This document shows, piece after piece, positions 49,646-62,662 of a DNA stretch of 64,000 nucleotides. Below the pieces are notes generated by a model, which ran no database searches, was not told where the DNA came from, and worked only from the letters and a program-made list of their open reading frames with translations. The translations under genes and the position numbers were made by a program. Origin of the DNA: Octopus bimaculoides (taxonomy: Eukaryota); assembly GCF_001194135.2 (NCBI RefSeq), contig NC_068992.1, positions 65,981,247 to 66,045,246 of the forward strand, read 5' to 3'. Position 1 is the first letter of the stretch. The number at the start of each line of letters is the position of its first letter.

Positions 49646-50692
49646 ATAGATTTCTTTTACAATCTGCAGAAATCTTAGACCAATGGCGTAAACACGTAAT
49701 TTTTCACGAAGGGGTTTAAATTGCAGGTTTATCTCAAACGGAAAATTTACTTTTCATAGAAAGAAATGAAGAGATGCGCAGCGCAGTTTTGATAAGTATA
49801 TTGTATGTTTGTGTATGTGTTCGCATAGGCGTATATGTGCATGTGGGTGTGTGGGCATGTATGTGTGTGTGTGTGTGCATGTGTGTGTCCGTGACTGTGT
49901 ATCAGTGTATATATATATATTCTTTCATAGAAGTGTTTGTGTGAGACGCTATTTGAAAGTATGTACATGAGAAAGAAACCGAATGTGTATGTGCTTGTGG
50001 CTGTTTATGTATATGTGTTCGTGTCGGCCTCGAGTACTCAACCGATTTTTATAGTTACGAGGATTCCGAGAGTGGCCTCTTGGCAGTGAAGTTTATCACT
50101 GTTCTTTCGGCCACTTTGAGATATAAATCTAATCAATACCATATTATTTCTCGAACAGTGATTCCTTACGTTGATATTGCCATTACAGCAATCAGCTCTC
50201 CGTGCCTGTTTGAAGAAACCTGCTCTACCAGTTATTAATCCATTGGCGAATAACAACCATTGTTTTATAACTTTTTATCTCTCCATACCATAATTACCAC
50301 CAACCACCAACACCACCAACAACAACAACAACACTTGAAAAACCAAGTCTGAATTAGATTTTGTTTTATGTGTCTTACTCTGGTTTTAATCGGATTTCAA
50401 ATCTTTATAACTTTGACAGTGAAGAGGCTTTGGTGAGAAAAGTAGAATTAATAATAAACAGAAATACAAAAACAAGTAAACAAAGATTGTTTCAAATAAA
50501 GACAAAACAAAAGCAAAGAAAAAAAACATAGTAATCATCGACTTGGCACTGGATTTATGTTTAGGTGTGAAATATTTCTGCAAAAGTGGAACCTCCAAAA
50601 CGTGAAGTGACGAGAGATTCTTTAGAGTGTGAGGTGTATTACGATCGCTCAGTTATATAAAAACAGAAGGTAAATTCCCCTAAAAAACACTC

Positions 50693-52235
50693 GGCGACCA
50701 CAACTTTTCACCGTCGTCTACGTAGGACTAGAGATGTCGCAGTCTCACCGCGTGTCTGCGCATCATCAACCACGGCATGCCCAGCCCTCCTTTTAACGGC
50801 TGTTGGCAGCAAATAGATCGCCTAGCCATCGGAACGCACCCTTTCCACAAGAAGCGGAAGAGAATGCGTTCTATTTTGATGACGGTAGGGTCGGGACAAG
50901 GCTTGCTTCTCCAGGTGCAGAGCCGCAAGTCCACTGACTTTTCCCGGTTGATTTTCGCTCTTGTTACCGCTTCGTTATCTTTCAGTGTCTCGCCGACCAG
51001 CTCGATGTGCTTCTGGCTTGACACTATGACGGTGACGTCATCCGTGTATGCAAACACGCTCGTCACGCATCCCAATTCTCGCAGGATGCCCCTCAGCGTC
51101 GCCAGCTTCCGCAGTAGTGGCTCGTGAGTCAATACGTATAGAAGCGACGAGGGGTGGATCCTTGACGGACCGAACGTGCAGTGTCGAAAGGTCTCGANNN
51201 NNNNNNNTACGTATAGAAGCGACGAGGGGTGGATCCTTGACGGACCGAACGTGCAGTGTCGAAAGGTCTCGATAGATGTCCATTTACGCGAATTACCGAA
51301 CGGATGTCTCTGTACAAAGCAACTATCCAGCCGCGGAAGACAGGACCGAAACCAGCCGCTATGAGGACAGCCTCCAAGTATCGATGGTCTACCCTGTCGA
51401 AAGCTTTGGATTGACCTAAATTGATCAGGGCCCCACCCGTGCCAGGTTCCTTAATTACCTTATCTATGATGTAGCGCATCAGATGGAGGTTGTCATGGAT
51501 GCTCCGGCACGGCACGGTGCATGCTTTTGCCTTGTCGACCACTTTCTCGATGACAAGTGCCAACCTCTTGGCTAACACCTTGGCCAAAATTTTAATGTCT
51601 GCATTGAGCAGAATGAAGGGTCTAAAGTTATCTATTACGTCCCCCTTGTTTGGATCTTTCTTCAGCAGCGTTACGGCTCCTCGGCTCACAAAACCGGGGA
51701 TGCTCCCGTTTTACTGCCAGTTGCAGTACACTGCTGTTAAGAGGTCTCCAAACAAGTCTGGCATACAACTGTAAAGCTCATAGGGTATACCATCCAGACC
51801 TGGCGATTAAGTCCCTCAAGCATTCTGCCATCACGTCCCGGACTTCCGCCGCCGTGATGGTACCTTCACAGCACCTTGCCTCTCTTGTCGAGAGTCGTGG
51901 CAGGCTGTGCAGGTAGACACTGAAGTCCACCCTGCGTTCTCGGTCGCCACTCAGGCAAAATGCTGTTGAAAGGCCACACACATTTTACTTGGCTCGAGTA
52001 ATTCGCGCACTTGTTCACCTACCAGAGACCGAATGGTGTCATTGTTGCCCTGTTGCGCCTCCACCATCCGGGCCTCTCACGAAGCTCCAACACCTTCGTT
52101 CCTTAGAGCACGCGTCCTAGCTCTGACAACACACCCTTCGTGTTTGGCGTTGAAGTGTTGGTCGAGGGCCAACCTCGCCGCCAAAACGTCGGATACGATG
52201 CCACTTCTAATCGCCTCTAGCTTCTTAACTCTACT
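50693..52235 (-). pseudogene. L1/Tx1-clade non-LTR retrotransposon ORF2 relic (reverse transcriptase region), truncated at both ends, with stops, frameshifts and an internal deletion
   Basis: Motifs: EGCVVRAR; GAVTLLKKDPNKGDVIDNFRPFILLNADIKILAKVLAKRL; SIHDNLHLMR; LGQSKAFDRVDHRYL; SVRQG; LLYVLTHEPLL; FAYTDDVTV; AKINREKS; FRFLWKG...KGGLGMPWLMMRRHAVRLRHL. Confidence 0.92.
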
Positions 52236-52244
52236 CTGTTTCTA

Positions 52245-52274
52245 TCTATCTATCTAACTAGCTAGCTAGCTAGC

Positions 52275-52344
<70 letters not shown>

Positions 52345-52345
52345 T
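52245..52345. repeat. (CTAT)/(CTAG)/(GATA)n microsatellite abutting the 5' end of the Tx1 relic
   Basis: Directly visible. Other (GATA)n tracts lie at 38680-38752, 40495-40540 and 53210-53255. Confidence 0.95.
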
Positions 52346-52618
52346 GGATATAGTCATGCAAGTGTGTATATATATATATATGTATTATGTATGTATGTAT
52401 GTATGTATGTATGTATGTATGGTTGAATACATGTTTGTAAGTATATATACGTGTACATACACATAAGTGTGTGTAAGGTGTGTGATTGTGTGTGTGTGTC
52501 TGTACGTAAGTACATACCTGTATACGCATGTATATATATTTGTATATATGTATATGTACAGTCGTGCATATACAGATATTCATATTTCTGAATATACAAA
52601 TCAAATACGCTCCATATA

Positions 52619-52666
<48 letters not shown>

Positions 52667-53208
52667 CGTTTTCCATTTTTCAAGTGATTTGTCTATGCAT
52701 CAGCGTTGATATGATGAACGAATTTTCCAAACATAAAAAGAAAACTGAAAAACCTAACATCATAGAAAGGGGAAAATTATCAAAATGGCCAAAGATCTGG
52801 AAGGTTCTTTAGACATTATGGAGACTGGTTGAATAAGAAAGAAAACGATCCCTTTGCTTAACACCAAAAGCATATGTGGAATTCTTCTGCATTTGCGAGC
52901 GCCATTGATCGAGTAGCTTACCAATTCTAAGTGAAGTGAAAATGAACGATGTATGTAAAGGAATATTACAATAAGATTGGAGAGAAAGTGTCGTCTGGTT
53001 CAGTGAATTTTAATAGACAGCTTGATGTTGTTAAGTATCGCAGGAGAAATACCATCCCTGAAGTAAGTGTTCATCATATTTATCTATTTGTTTTATCCAG
53101 TCTGTTCCCGCTTTGTAAATGCGTTGCCTAAGACGAAATTATGCTTCAGTGGGTTATATTTCAGCCAAGAATTAGCAGAAATAAACAGACGTCAAGAACC
53201 CATATGTT

Positions 53209-53258
<50 letters not shown>

Positions 53259-53283
53259 GGTGGGCAATGATATATATATTTAT

Positions 53284-53316
<33 letters not shown>

Positions 53317-54648
53317 CACACACATATACAAATATAACGGAACGGTAGATTTTAACAACGAATTCTACGCATATGTAGATTTAAGGAGAAGCAAATATAT
53401 GTTTGGATACACCTACAATGATAGCTTCAAGAAAATATGTATGTGTTGATAGATGCATAACTCAGAATATACAAATATAACATCACACCGTGGTGCACAT
53501 ACATTCTTTAGAAAAGGTGTATATTGATATATATTATGTGGTTGTGTTATATATTCACACAGAAACTGTAATATATAACCACTGAAAGGGCATGTTCATA
53601 GATATATTGTAAATATTAGACTTCAACATTGAATGCACTGAATTGATTTCCATATATTTTTACTCTTATAACCTTCCGTTGCTACAGCTATCCTTTAAAG
53701 AAGCCATCTTGACTTGAACCATTGCAGTGGATTTGGCGGGAAGAAGACATAAAACTAAAAGAGAATTCAAGCAAAACAATAGAATATCGTGAATATTTCT
53801 TCCTTGCTTTTGTTTTCTAGATTCTTCTTTCTCGTTTGTTTCTTTCTCCTTTTAAGAGTATTATCTTTAAATTCCGAATCTTTAGAAAGAAAATCATTAA
53901 AGCAGAAACACAGTAGTAAAGTGATTATACTACCTTTTGTGAGATTTAAATCTTGTTACTTGCGATTTATTTATTATATGAAAATTTACTTATTTATTTA
54001 TTTAAGCGAAATAAATTTTAAGTGCGTAGTTTATAGCTGGAAGCGAACCTAAGCCAACTGGGATCGATGGTGGCAGTGGGCAACACTTTTTTACCGTCTC
54101 AAAATAGAACGAGTTTGGTAGAATAGGAGGAACAGTGTAGGTACGTTGAATCCCAGGACATAGTTTCGTTTCACGGTAAAGGTTATTGGAAATTAGTTTG
54201 ACTAGAAATTACTTTGATTAAAACAGAATCAACACAATCATCATTTAACCTCCATTAATATTTATTGTTGAAACTGGAACAAGCTTTAACCTCCATTGAA
54301 ATATATGGTTAATAAAGGGGTAACATAAGCTTATTTTCACCCAATGAAATAGGTTGTCCTTGTAATAATGACAGTAAAATCATACGAAAGACGTGGAAGC
54401 AAAATCTACAACGTCTGCATTAAAAATGTTGAAAGATATAAATGGTGGGGAGGACATTCTCCTGTCGAAAGTGTCACATATACCCTTCCCTGTCACTGTT
54501 TTGTGCCTCCTGAAAATACCTTTCAATCATACTAATACTCCATTCAAATATATGTATATAAAATATATACTTTAAATGTATATATGTATTATGTGTAGAT
54601 GTAGCTTAGCACAACAAGAAGCTTTATTTGCTCCATATATCGCTTGGT

Positions 54649-54876
54649 TCATTCGCTTTCAACAATGAGTTTAAATATTTCATTGAATATTGTTTTAAGA
54701 TTGATGCGCTTTACCAGGATAACATGCCCTGGTACATTTTGCAAGGGTACAGTTTTTTTAATGGTTACCCGATGTTGTCGTTGCATAGATTTAATACTCC
54801 CCTCTAATACCCTCGTTTCCTGTAGATCGCTTATAAATATCTTCTCTAACCGCATTCTATCTTCTATGCAACTCAC
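54649..54876 (-). pseudogene. Possible decayed AP-endonuclease fragment of a non-LTR retrotransposon
   Basis: DRMRLEKIFISDLQETRVLEGSIKS...GHVILVKRI loosely resembles the N-terminal APE segment (D-ILG-(S/Q)ETR-W-G-G ... GV-I-L-K). The resemblance is weak and judged by eye. Confidence 0.3.
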
Positions 54877-56294
54877 ATACTCTTAACATTAGCATAGCTA
54901 AAGGTAGTGTTTGAAAATATGCGAGAGAGAGACAGACAGACAAACAGAGACGGAAACACAGAGAGACAGACAGAGACAGACAGAGGCAGAGAGAGTGAGA
55001 GAGAGAGAGGGAGTGAGAGAAAGAGAGTGAAAGAGAGTGAAAGAGAGAGAGAGAGATTACTTATTCCAAATACAATTCAATAAAAAAAAAAGACGAACAA
55101 AATTTATACAAGGCAAAAACGAGAGAGATGATGTCGTTGCTTAAAACAATCGATTTGGCTATTTTTGTCTCTAATAAAATATTCAGTTTTAGTCTGGAAC
55201 TTTTATTGTTGAACATGGGAATTATTGCAGGCAATAATTCGGAATTTCCAAGAATTGTCTTAAGAATTAGATAAAATTGGAGGTAGTCTGTGTTGTTAAA
55301 TATTAATTCAGGACAAGAACAAAAAATGTGAGGTGTTTTAGTTTATGCTTGCTATGTTCCTCTTTTAACTAATGTTGCCTTTGCGAAGGTGTGAAGTCAC
55401 AATGTACAAGGGGCGTAACAAAGCCATGTAAATTATTGTGCCTGTTACTTTATCTGATTCTAATATTCATCGTTCTCTAAGAGTTTATATGACAAAGTGT
55501 AAGTAAAACTTGTCCGTAAATGTGGAGTGTCGGGTTGTGCAATACAATTAATGTGGAGTTAATTTTTGATCATTTTTGTTAATTAAAGTTCCCATACATC
55601 ACCTTGCAGTTATAATAATTCCCGTTCGTCATTTTCTGACAGTTTTCAAAGAAATTCAGCTCTTTGGTCTTTGGTGGGTCTGAAATATGAGGCACCATCT
55701 TCTAAGAAATCATTCCTGTTTTTATTGAAAGACATAAATTTTAGGAAATTAATTCTATTTCTTCTGAGGAATTATTTCATTCTAAAAATACAATTTCTCT
55801 TCTAAGGATGAAAATGTATTCGAGACTAATTAACATATAATTAAGATATTTAATGACTGAAGAAGACTCCTTGGTGGTCGTTCTAATTGTTAGAAATAGT
55901 AGCTAAGTTGCCCTCAAATTACACTTTACCGCCTTCAAAATGCAGAAACACATCGGTTCATGTAAACTTAGATACACAATGACTGATGTAAGAATGTGAC
56001 GGTTCCGGTTAGAAGCCCCAGGGACAGGTTTGGTCAATCAAGGAGGAGCTGCGGCTAAACAACATCCTAAAGTTTTTTTAATTAGTGTTTTTTTTTTAAT
56101 TCCAAATGGCTGAGATGGCTTTGAGATTTGACCTTTGATCTTAGATTTTGAAACATTTATTCAAATAAAGAATTAAACATCTCACCTGAAATGCTTGACA
56201 CGATATAACAACGGCAACACCAAAGTTAACTTAGTTATGATCTAAATGGACGGATGTGTTGGATGAAAAGTCTTGGTTGCCGATATATATATAT

Positions 56295-56515
56295 GGTTGT
56301 GTCTGTGTTTGTCCACGCAAATGCACTGCTTAACAACCGGTCTTAGTCTGTTTACGTTTCCCCGTAACTTAGCAGTTCGGCAAAATATACCAATAGAATA
56401 ACAAGTAGGTTTTAAAAAATAATTAGGGGTCGATTCATGCAACTAAAAATTCTTCAAGAGGCAGTGCTCCAGCATGGCCACAGTCTAATGACTGAAACGA
56501 GTAAAAGAATAAGTT
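56295..56515 (+). mobile_element. SINE family A, tail half
   Basis: gtgtctgtgtttgtcc...gtttacgtttccccgtaacttagcagttcggcaaaa...gctccagcatggccacagtctaatgactgaaacgagtaaaagaata. Confidence 0.85.
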
Positions 56516-56865
56516 AAAAGATATATATATATATATAGATACATATATATACATATTAATATACGTAGTACTGATAACACTCAACGAAGGAGAAATACCC
56601 TTTTTAACCAATCCACCACTGCTAAACACTTTTCGTCTGCTACTGATATATCTTTGTGCTTTCTAACATCGTACGTCTATAGGAGAGGCTTTCTCGAGGC
56701 GAATGCTGAAGTTTTGAGGTTTACCATAGATTATCTGCATTAAATATGACATACAGAAAAATGTATATTATATATATATATACATATATGAATACACACA
56801 CACAAACACTCAGACACACCCACACATACAAATATATACATACATACATACATACATATATATAC

Positions 56866-56923
<58 letters not shown>

Positions 56924-57244
56924 TTATCTATGTATATATCTATGTATGTGTTTATGATAAGAGTGAAGTGATCATCGATAACAATAGACACATGAGCAAT
57001 AACGATCACGAGAAACAATAAATTAAGTAACAACAAGAAACACTACGACACTTACTACTACCACCACCACCACCACTACTGCATCTACTACTTTGTTGCA
57101 GGGCCTGAACTGTAGCCACATCTTGACATTCTATCAGCATTTCCATTGTGTATCTGGCAGAGAGAAAAGCAGAATGAGTGGAAGACAATGAGTGTATATA
57201 TGTGTGTGTGTGTGTAGTGGTGGTAGGGGTTGTATGTACGTTTA

Positions 57245-57275
<31 letters not shown>

Positions 57276-58050
57276 NNNNNNNNNNNNNNNNNNNNNNNNN
57301 NNNNNNNNNNNNNNNNNNNNNNNNNNNNNNNNNNNNNNNNNNNNNNNNNNNNNNNNNNNNNNNNNNNNNNNNNNNNNNNNNNNNNNNNNNNNNNNNNNNN
57401 NNNNNNNNNNNNNNNNNNNNNNNNNNNNNNNNNNNNNNNNNNNNNNNNNNNNNNNNNNNNNNNNNNNNNNNNNNNNNNNNNNNNNNNNNNNNNNNNNNNN
57501 NNNNNNNNNNNNNNNNNNNNNNNNNNNNNNNNNNNNNNNNNNNNNNNNNNNNNNNNNNNNNNNNNNNNNNNNNNNNNNNNNNNNNNNNNNNNNNNNNNNN
57601 NNNNNNNNNNNNNNNNNNNNNNNNNNNNNNNNNNNNNNNNNNNNNNNNNNNNNNNNNNNNNNNNNNNNNNNNNNNNNNNNNNNNNNNNNNNNNNNNNNNN
57701 NNNNNNNNNNNNNNNNNNNNNNNNNNNNNNNNNNNNNNNNNNNNNNNNNNNNNNNNNNNNNNNNNNNNNNNNNNNNNNNNNNNNNNNNNNNNNNNNNNNN
57801 NNNNNNNNNNNNNNNNNNNNNNNNNNNNNNNNNNNNNNNNNNNNNNNNNNNNNNNNNNNNNNNNNNNNNNNNNNNNNNNNNNNNNNNNNNNNNNNNNNNN
57901 NNNNNNNNNNNNNNNNNNNNNNNNNNNNNNNNNNNNNNNNNNNNNNNNNNNNNCAGAGAGGAAGAAAGAATGAGTGAAAAAGAGAGAGAACCGTGAAAGA
58001 GGAACAGAGACAGAAGATGGATTTCGACGATTCTTTTGGCTGCTATAGTC

Positions 58051-58098
<48 letters not shown>

Positions 58099-59769
58099 AC
58101 TCTCTCTCTCTCCCTCTCTACGTTTCTCTCTCTCCTGTCCCCCCTCTCTCTGTTACTAGCCCTCTTTATCTTTCTTTACATCGCTTTGTGATGTACCTGT
58201 TCTTGTCATCTTCGTCGTTGTAGTAGTAGTAGTAGTAGTAGTAGTAATTGTTGTTGTTGTTTTTGCTGCTGCTGCTGATGATGATGATGATGACACTGTT
58301 ATTGCTGAATGTTGTTATAGTTGCGATAATGCAACCGATTGTCATATCACAACCGCAGCAACAATGAATAAACCGCCCGAACTCTCACCACACCCCCCAA
58401 AAAAAACCAACACCAACACCACCACCACTACTACTGCAACAACAACAACAACAAAAACAAACAACATGAAAATTGCTAACAATAAAATACGATAGATAAA
58501 AAGAAAATCCAAGCCAACCCCACCGCCACCTCAACCGCCACATCAAACGACTATAAGCAACATGTGTATCGATTTTTAGATACTTTGCACATTAACTGCA
58601 TAATTTAATGCAATTTTCATTGGCAGATGCATTTTAATGCACATTTTCGTTTGCATAATGGGTGAAGCTTTAGTTGTTATATGCATCACCACAGCGAACC
58701 CTGTATGGCAACTTAGATATCTGTAGGTGTGTATGTAAATATGTATATATGTATATATATATATATATATATNNNNNNNNNNNNNNNNNNNNNNNNNNNN
58801 NNNNNNNNNNNNNNNNNNNNNNNNNNNNNNNNNNNNNNNNNNNNNNNNNNNNNNNNNNNNNNNNNNNNNNNNNNNNNNNNNNNNNNNNNNNNNNNNNNNN
58901 NNNNNNNNNNNNNNNNNNNNNNNNNNNNNNNNNNNNNNNNNNNNNNNNNNNNNNNNNNNNNNNNNNNNNNNNNNNNNNNNNNNNNNNNNNNNNNNNNNNN
59001 NNNNNNNNNNNNNNNNNNNNNNNNNNNNNNNNNNNNNNNNNNNNNNNNNNNNNNNNNNNNNNNNNNNNNNNNNNNNNNNNNNNNNNNNNNNNNNNNNNNN
59101 NNNNNNNNNNNNNNNNNNNNNNNNNNNNNNNNNNNNNNNNNNNNNNNNNNNNNNNNNNNNNNNNNNNNNNNNNNNNNNNNNNNNNNNNNNNNNNNNNNNN
59201 NNNNNNNNNNNNNNNNNNNNNNNNNNNNNNNNNNNNNNNNNNNNNNNNNNNNNNNNNNNNNNNNNNNNNNNNNNNNNNNNNNNNNNNNNNNNNNNNNNNN
59301 NNNNNNNNNNNNNNNNNNNNNNNNNNNNNNNNNNNNNNNNNNNNNNNNNNNNNNNNNNNNNNNNNNTGTATACATATATAAATATGTATAATCATCCACA
59401 CATACACCAACGCGTATATTCACGTTCATGCACATGTATATAAACACGAGTCTAAATATGGATATACGTTTATATGTATAAGTATGTACAAGTATATATT
59501 TATATATGTTTGTGTTCATCAATGTACGAATTTATATATGTACGTATGTTTGTATGTACATATGAATATCTATGTATGTACATGTATGTATGTATGTATG
59601 TATGTATGTATGTATGTATGTATGTATGTATGTATGTATGTATGTATGTGGGTGTGTATGTATGTATGTCTATGTTTGTACGTGTGCATGTCAGTGCTCT
59701 CTGCTGTATGAATACAAGCCATGCAATGCCATCCAAAGATATAGAAATGGACGTAACATTGAAACCGTC

Positions 59770-59925
59770 GTGTGTGTGTGACTGTTTTTCCCTACCACCG
59801 CTTGAGAACCTATATTGGTGTGTTTACTCCCCCGTAACCTAGCGTTTCGACAAAAGAGACCGATTGAAAAAGTACCACGTTTTAGAAAAAGAACTAAAAA
59901 TTTTCAAGGCGGTGCCCCAGAATGT
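59770..59925 (+). mobile_element. SINE family A, tail half (deleted)
   Basis: ccctaccaccgcttgagaacc...ggtgtgtttactcccccgtaacctagcgtttcgacaaaagagaccgat...tcaaggcggtgccccag. Confidence 0.8.
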
Positions 59926-60660
59926 AAAAGGAAAATAATGATCCATCGAATGTTTGTTCATGTAATGCTTTACTTCTCCTGACCAACTGAATAATTTATG
60001 TTAATTAATCTCTAGGTGACAGTTTTATGTAAATTACGGGTGGGGGAGCATTAAGCAATGATAAGGGAAATTGCAATGTCCTTATCATTCCGAATATGCT
60101 TGACACACCATATTCGGTTGACACAGCATTTGTCAACAAGCGAGATGTATTCTCCGTGAGAAAACGCAGTCAAAAGCTTCATCCCCAGTTCGAACGTGCA
60201 TCAAGTATATTCGCACTGAGAAAGTTAATAAATATATATATATATATATATATACTGCTTCTGTGTTTCACCTGCTTGCAAAATATGTATTGTTATATTA
60301 TCCAATCATCTCATCGACCGCACGAAACAGGTGTAAAGATAAGACTTGATTAAATCATGTAAATTCTATACGCATCTTCTCATATAAATACATTCTTTAC
60401 GACAGTTATCATCTGTTATTTGTGTGTGTGTGTGTGTGCGCGCGCGCGTGTATGTTTACATATATAAATACATACACACACACACACTTTTATTTTCAAA
60501 TATATAAACTTGCGTATTTATGCACACACACACACACACATACACTCATATATATACTTTTGTGTACAGATATAAAAGTTTGTAATAATACATATATGCA
60601 TACACACACACAAACACACACACATACACGCACAAATACACATAGACACACACTCACACA

Positions 60661-60738
<78 letters not shown>

Positions 60739-61114
60739 TGATACAGCTTGAATATATTTAGTTAGTGTTTCCTGTCAACACACTGAAGGCTCCATAAATA
60801 TTCTCGAAACTTCCAGTTAATTTCATAATTACCGAGTTTCAACAAATAATTACCAGTTTGTAAATAAATAATTTTGCACGATATTTCATGTTAACCCTTA
60901 TTCTTCCTCCATCTCTAATATATATATATATATATATAGACATCCGTATGTGTTCCTGTCTGCCTGTCTATCGGCTTATCATATATACACTCGTGCATAC
61001 TCCACTCCATACATACATATAAATATATATATATATATATATATGTGTGGGTTTGTATATATGTATATGTATGTATATATATATATATATGTGTGTGTGT
61101 GTGGGTGGGTGCGT

Positions 61115-61162
<48 letters not shown>

Positions 61163-61172
61163 NNNNNNNNNN

Positions 61173-61216
<44 letters not shown>

Positions 61217-61254
61217 ATGTATGCATGTATAGTTGAAATTTACAGAAAAGCAAA

Positions 61255-61400
61255 AGACAAAGACAGGTGTAGGAACAACAAGCAGGTGTATTAGTTTGAC
61301 GCTCGAGAAAGGGAAAAAGTTTTTTACGTTTCAGGCCTACGCTCTTTAACAGAAAGGAATAAGAGAAAATAAACAGAGAGAGAATTTAAAGACTTGTGAA
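61255..61400 (-). mobile_element. Unclassified repeat fragment with a degenerate hammerhead-like layout
   Basis: The minus strand reads ttt-CTGTTAA-a-gagc-gtag-gcct-GAAACGT-A-aaa. Confidence 0.3.
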
Positions 61401-61574
61401 TTTAGCGATGAAGCATATAGAAATATATTTATATATATATATACATATATATATATTGGTGGAAGGGACTTCAAAGTGAGCTTTGAACAAAATGGTTACG
61501 AGTCACTGCGATAAATAGCTACACTTTTGATCACATATTTTTTTTCTTTCAAATAGTGTATTGGTGGGTGTAAT

Positions 61575-61876
61575 ATTATCTATTTATCACGTGATCTATC
61601 AGACGCTGTTATACATCACTGGTCACAGTGGTCTTTGCATCGCTTTCCTTTTCGAAGGATACTACCCCGCTGGCTAAGTGGGCAGGCTAACGTTCTTCCC
61701 CCCTGACCGGAAATTTAGTCCATTGCAGGGGTGACCCTTTTATAAGTGAGTGGACTAGAACAGCGTGAAATAAGGTGTTTTGCTCAAGAATACCACGCGC
61801 CTCTCAGTCCGGGAATCGAAACCACGATGTAGCGACCGTGAGTGCAACGTCCCTCATCACTAGGCCACGCGCCTTC
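61575..61876 (-). mobile_element. tRNA-derived SINE sharing head and central domain with family C but with a different 3' tail
   Basis: The minus strand reads gaaggcgcgtggcctagtgatgaggg...ggtttcgattcccgg...ttcttgagcaaaacaccttatttcacgctgttctagtccactca, then ccctgcaatggacta..., which is unrelated to the family C tail. Confidence 0.8.
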
Positions 61877-61919
61877 ATTATTATCTCTCAATATATAATT
61901 ATAAATGTGTGGCCAAAGT

Positions 61920-61990
<71 letters not shown>

Positions 61991-62402
61991 TCTCATTGTA
62001 TGAAAATAACTGAAGCTAAAGTACTAATCCCGGTCACGAATGGATACGATTGCACTTAACAACCAACAAGACATCAGCGTTGTGTTTGTGCTGAGATCTT
62101 TCAGTAAATATAGGTTTATTCCCGACGTGTATTTTGCATCCGAGCTTCTCGTCGTATATGTATCATTGTTAAGACTTAGTAACACAATAGCGTTATCGAC
62201 CTCTTCAATCATCTTCATGCATTGATCTGTTTTAGAAATGTTTGAACAGATATGAATTTATCTTTGGAAATCTTAATCCTGATGCAATCATTGCTATTTG
62301 TCAGCGGTTAAGATTTCCTGTGGATACAATTACATGAATTATATTAAATATGGACGGTAATAATATTAAATTTGAAGAATAATATCAAATATGAATTATC
62401 AT

Positions 62403-62662
62403 CCACGGGCCTCTGGCAGGGGTGGTGGCGAACCCTGCTGTACTCTTTCGCCACAAATTTTTCTCACTCTTTCTTCCTGTTTCTGATGTATTTCAAAGGG
62501 CCAGCCTTGTCACACTCTGTGTTACGCTGAATCTCCCGAGAGCCACGTTAAGGGTACACGCGTCTGTGGAGTGCTCAGCCACTTGCACGTTAATTTCACG
62601 AGCAGGCTGTTCCGTTGATCGGATCAACTGGAACCCTCGTCGTCGTAACCGACGGAGTGTCG
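62403..62662 (+). mobile_element. SINE family C, 5'-truncated long-middle variant
   Basis: Co-linear with 27150-27428 and has an intact tail (gttgatcggatcaactggaaccctcgtcgtcgtaaccgacggagtg). Confidence 0.9.

Noticed and set aside
51133-51272. 65-bp direct repeat inside the RT region
   Set aside because: Identical copies sit on either side of a 10-N placeholder gap (51198-51207). This is an unmerged contig overlap, not biology.
53021-53062. 42-nt in-frame candidate exon (LDVVKYRRRNTIPE, GAA|GTAAGT), and a similar candidate at 32352-32427
   Set aside because: The acceptors are weak, and GT(A/G)AGT hexamers are expected many times by chance in 64 kb. There is no supporting homology.
55855-55900. 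ctgaaga-a-gac...gtc hammerhead-like start; similar partial matches at 8987, 25906, 28565 and 60784
   Set aside because: GAAA is absent or helix II and helix I cannot form. These are consistent with chance.
60057-60090. Similarity to miR-184 arms (tgataaggg and ccttatcattc)
   Set aside because: The two words are in the wrong order for pre-miR-184 on either strand, and the miR-184 seed is absent.
62024-62225. Overlapping 61-64 aa ORFs on both strands; likewise 24131-24331 and 50038-50256
   Set aside because: No recognisable domain, no coherent splice donor/acceptor pair, and the lengths are within chance expectation.
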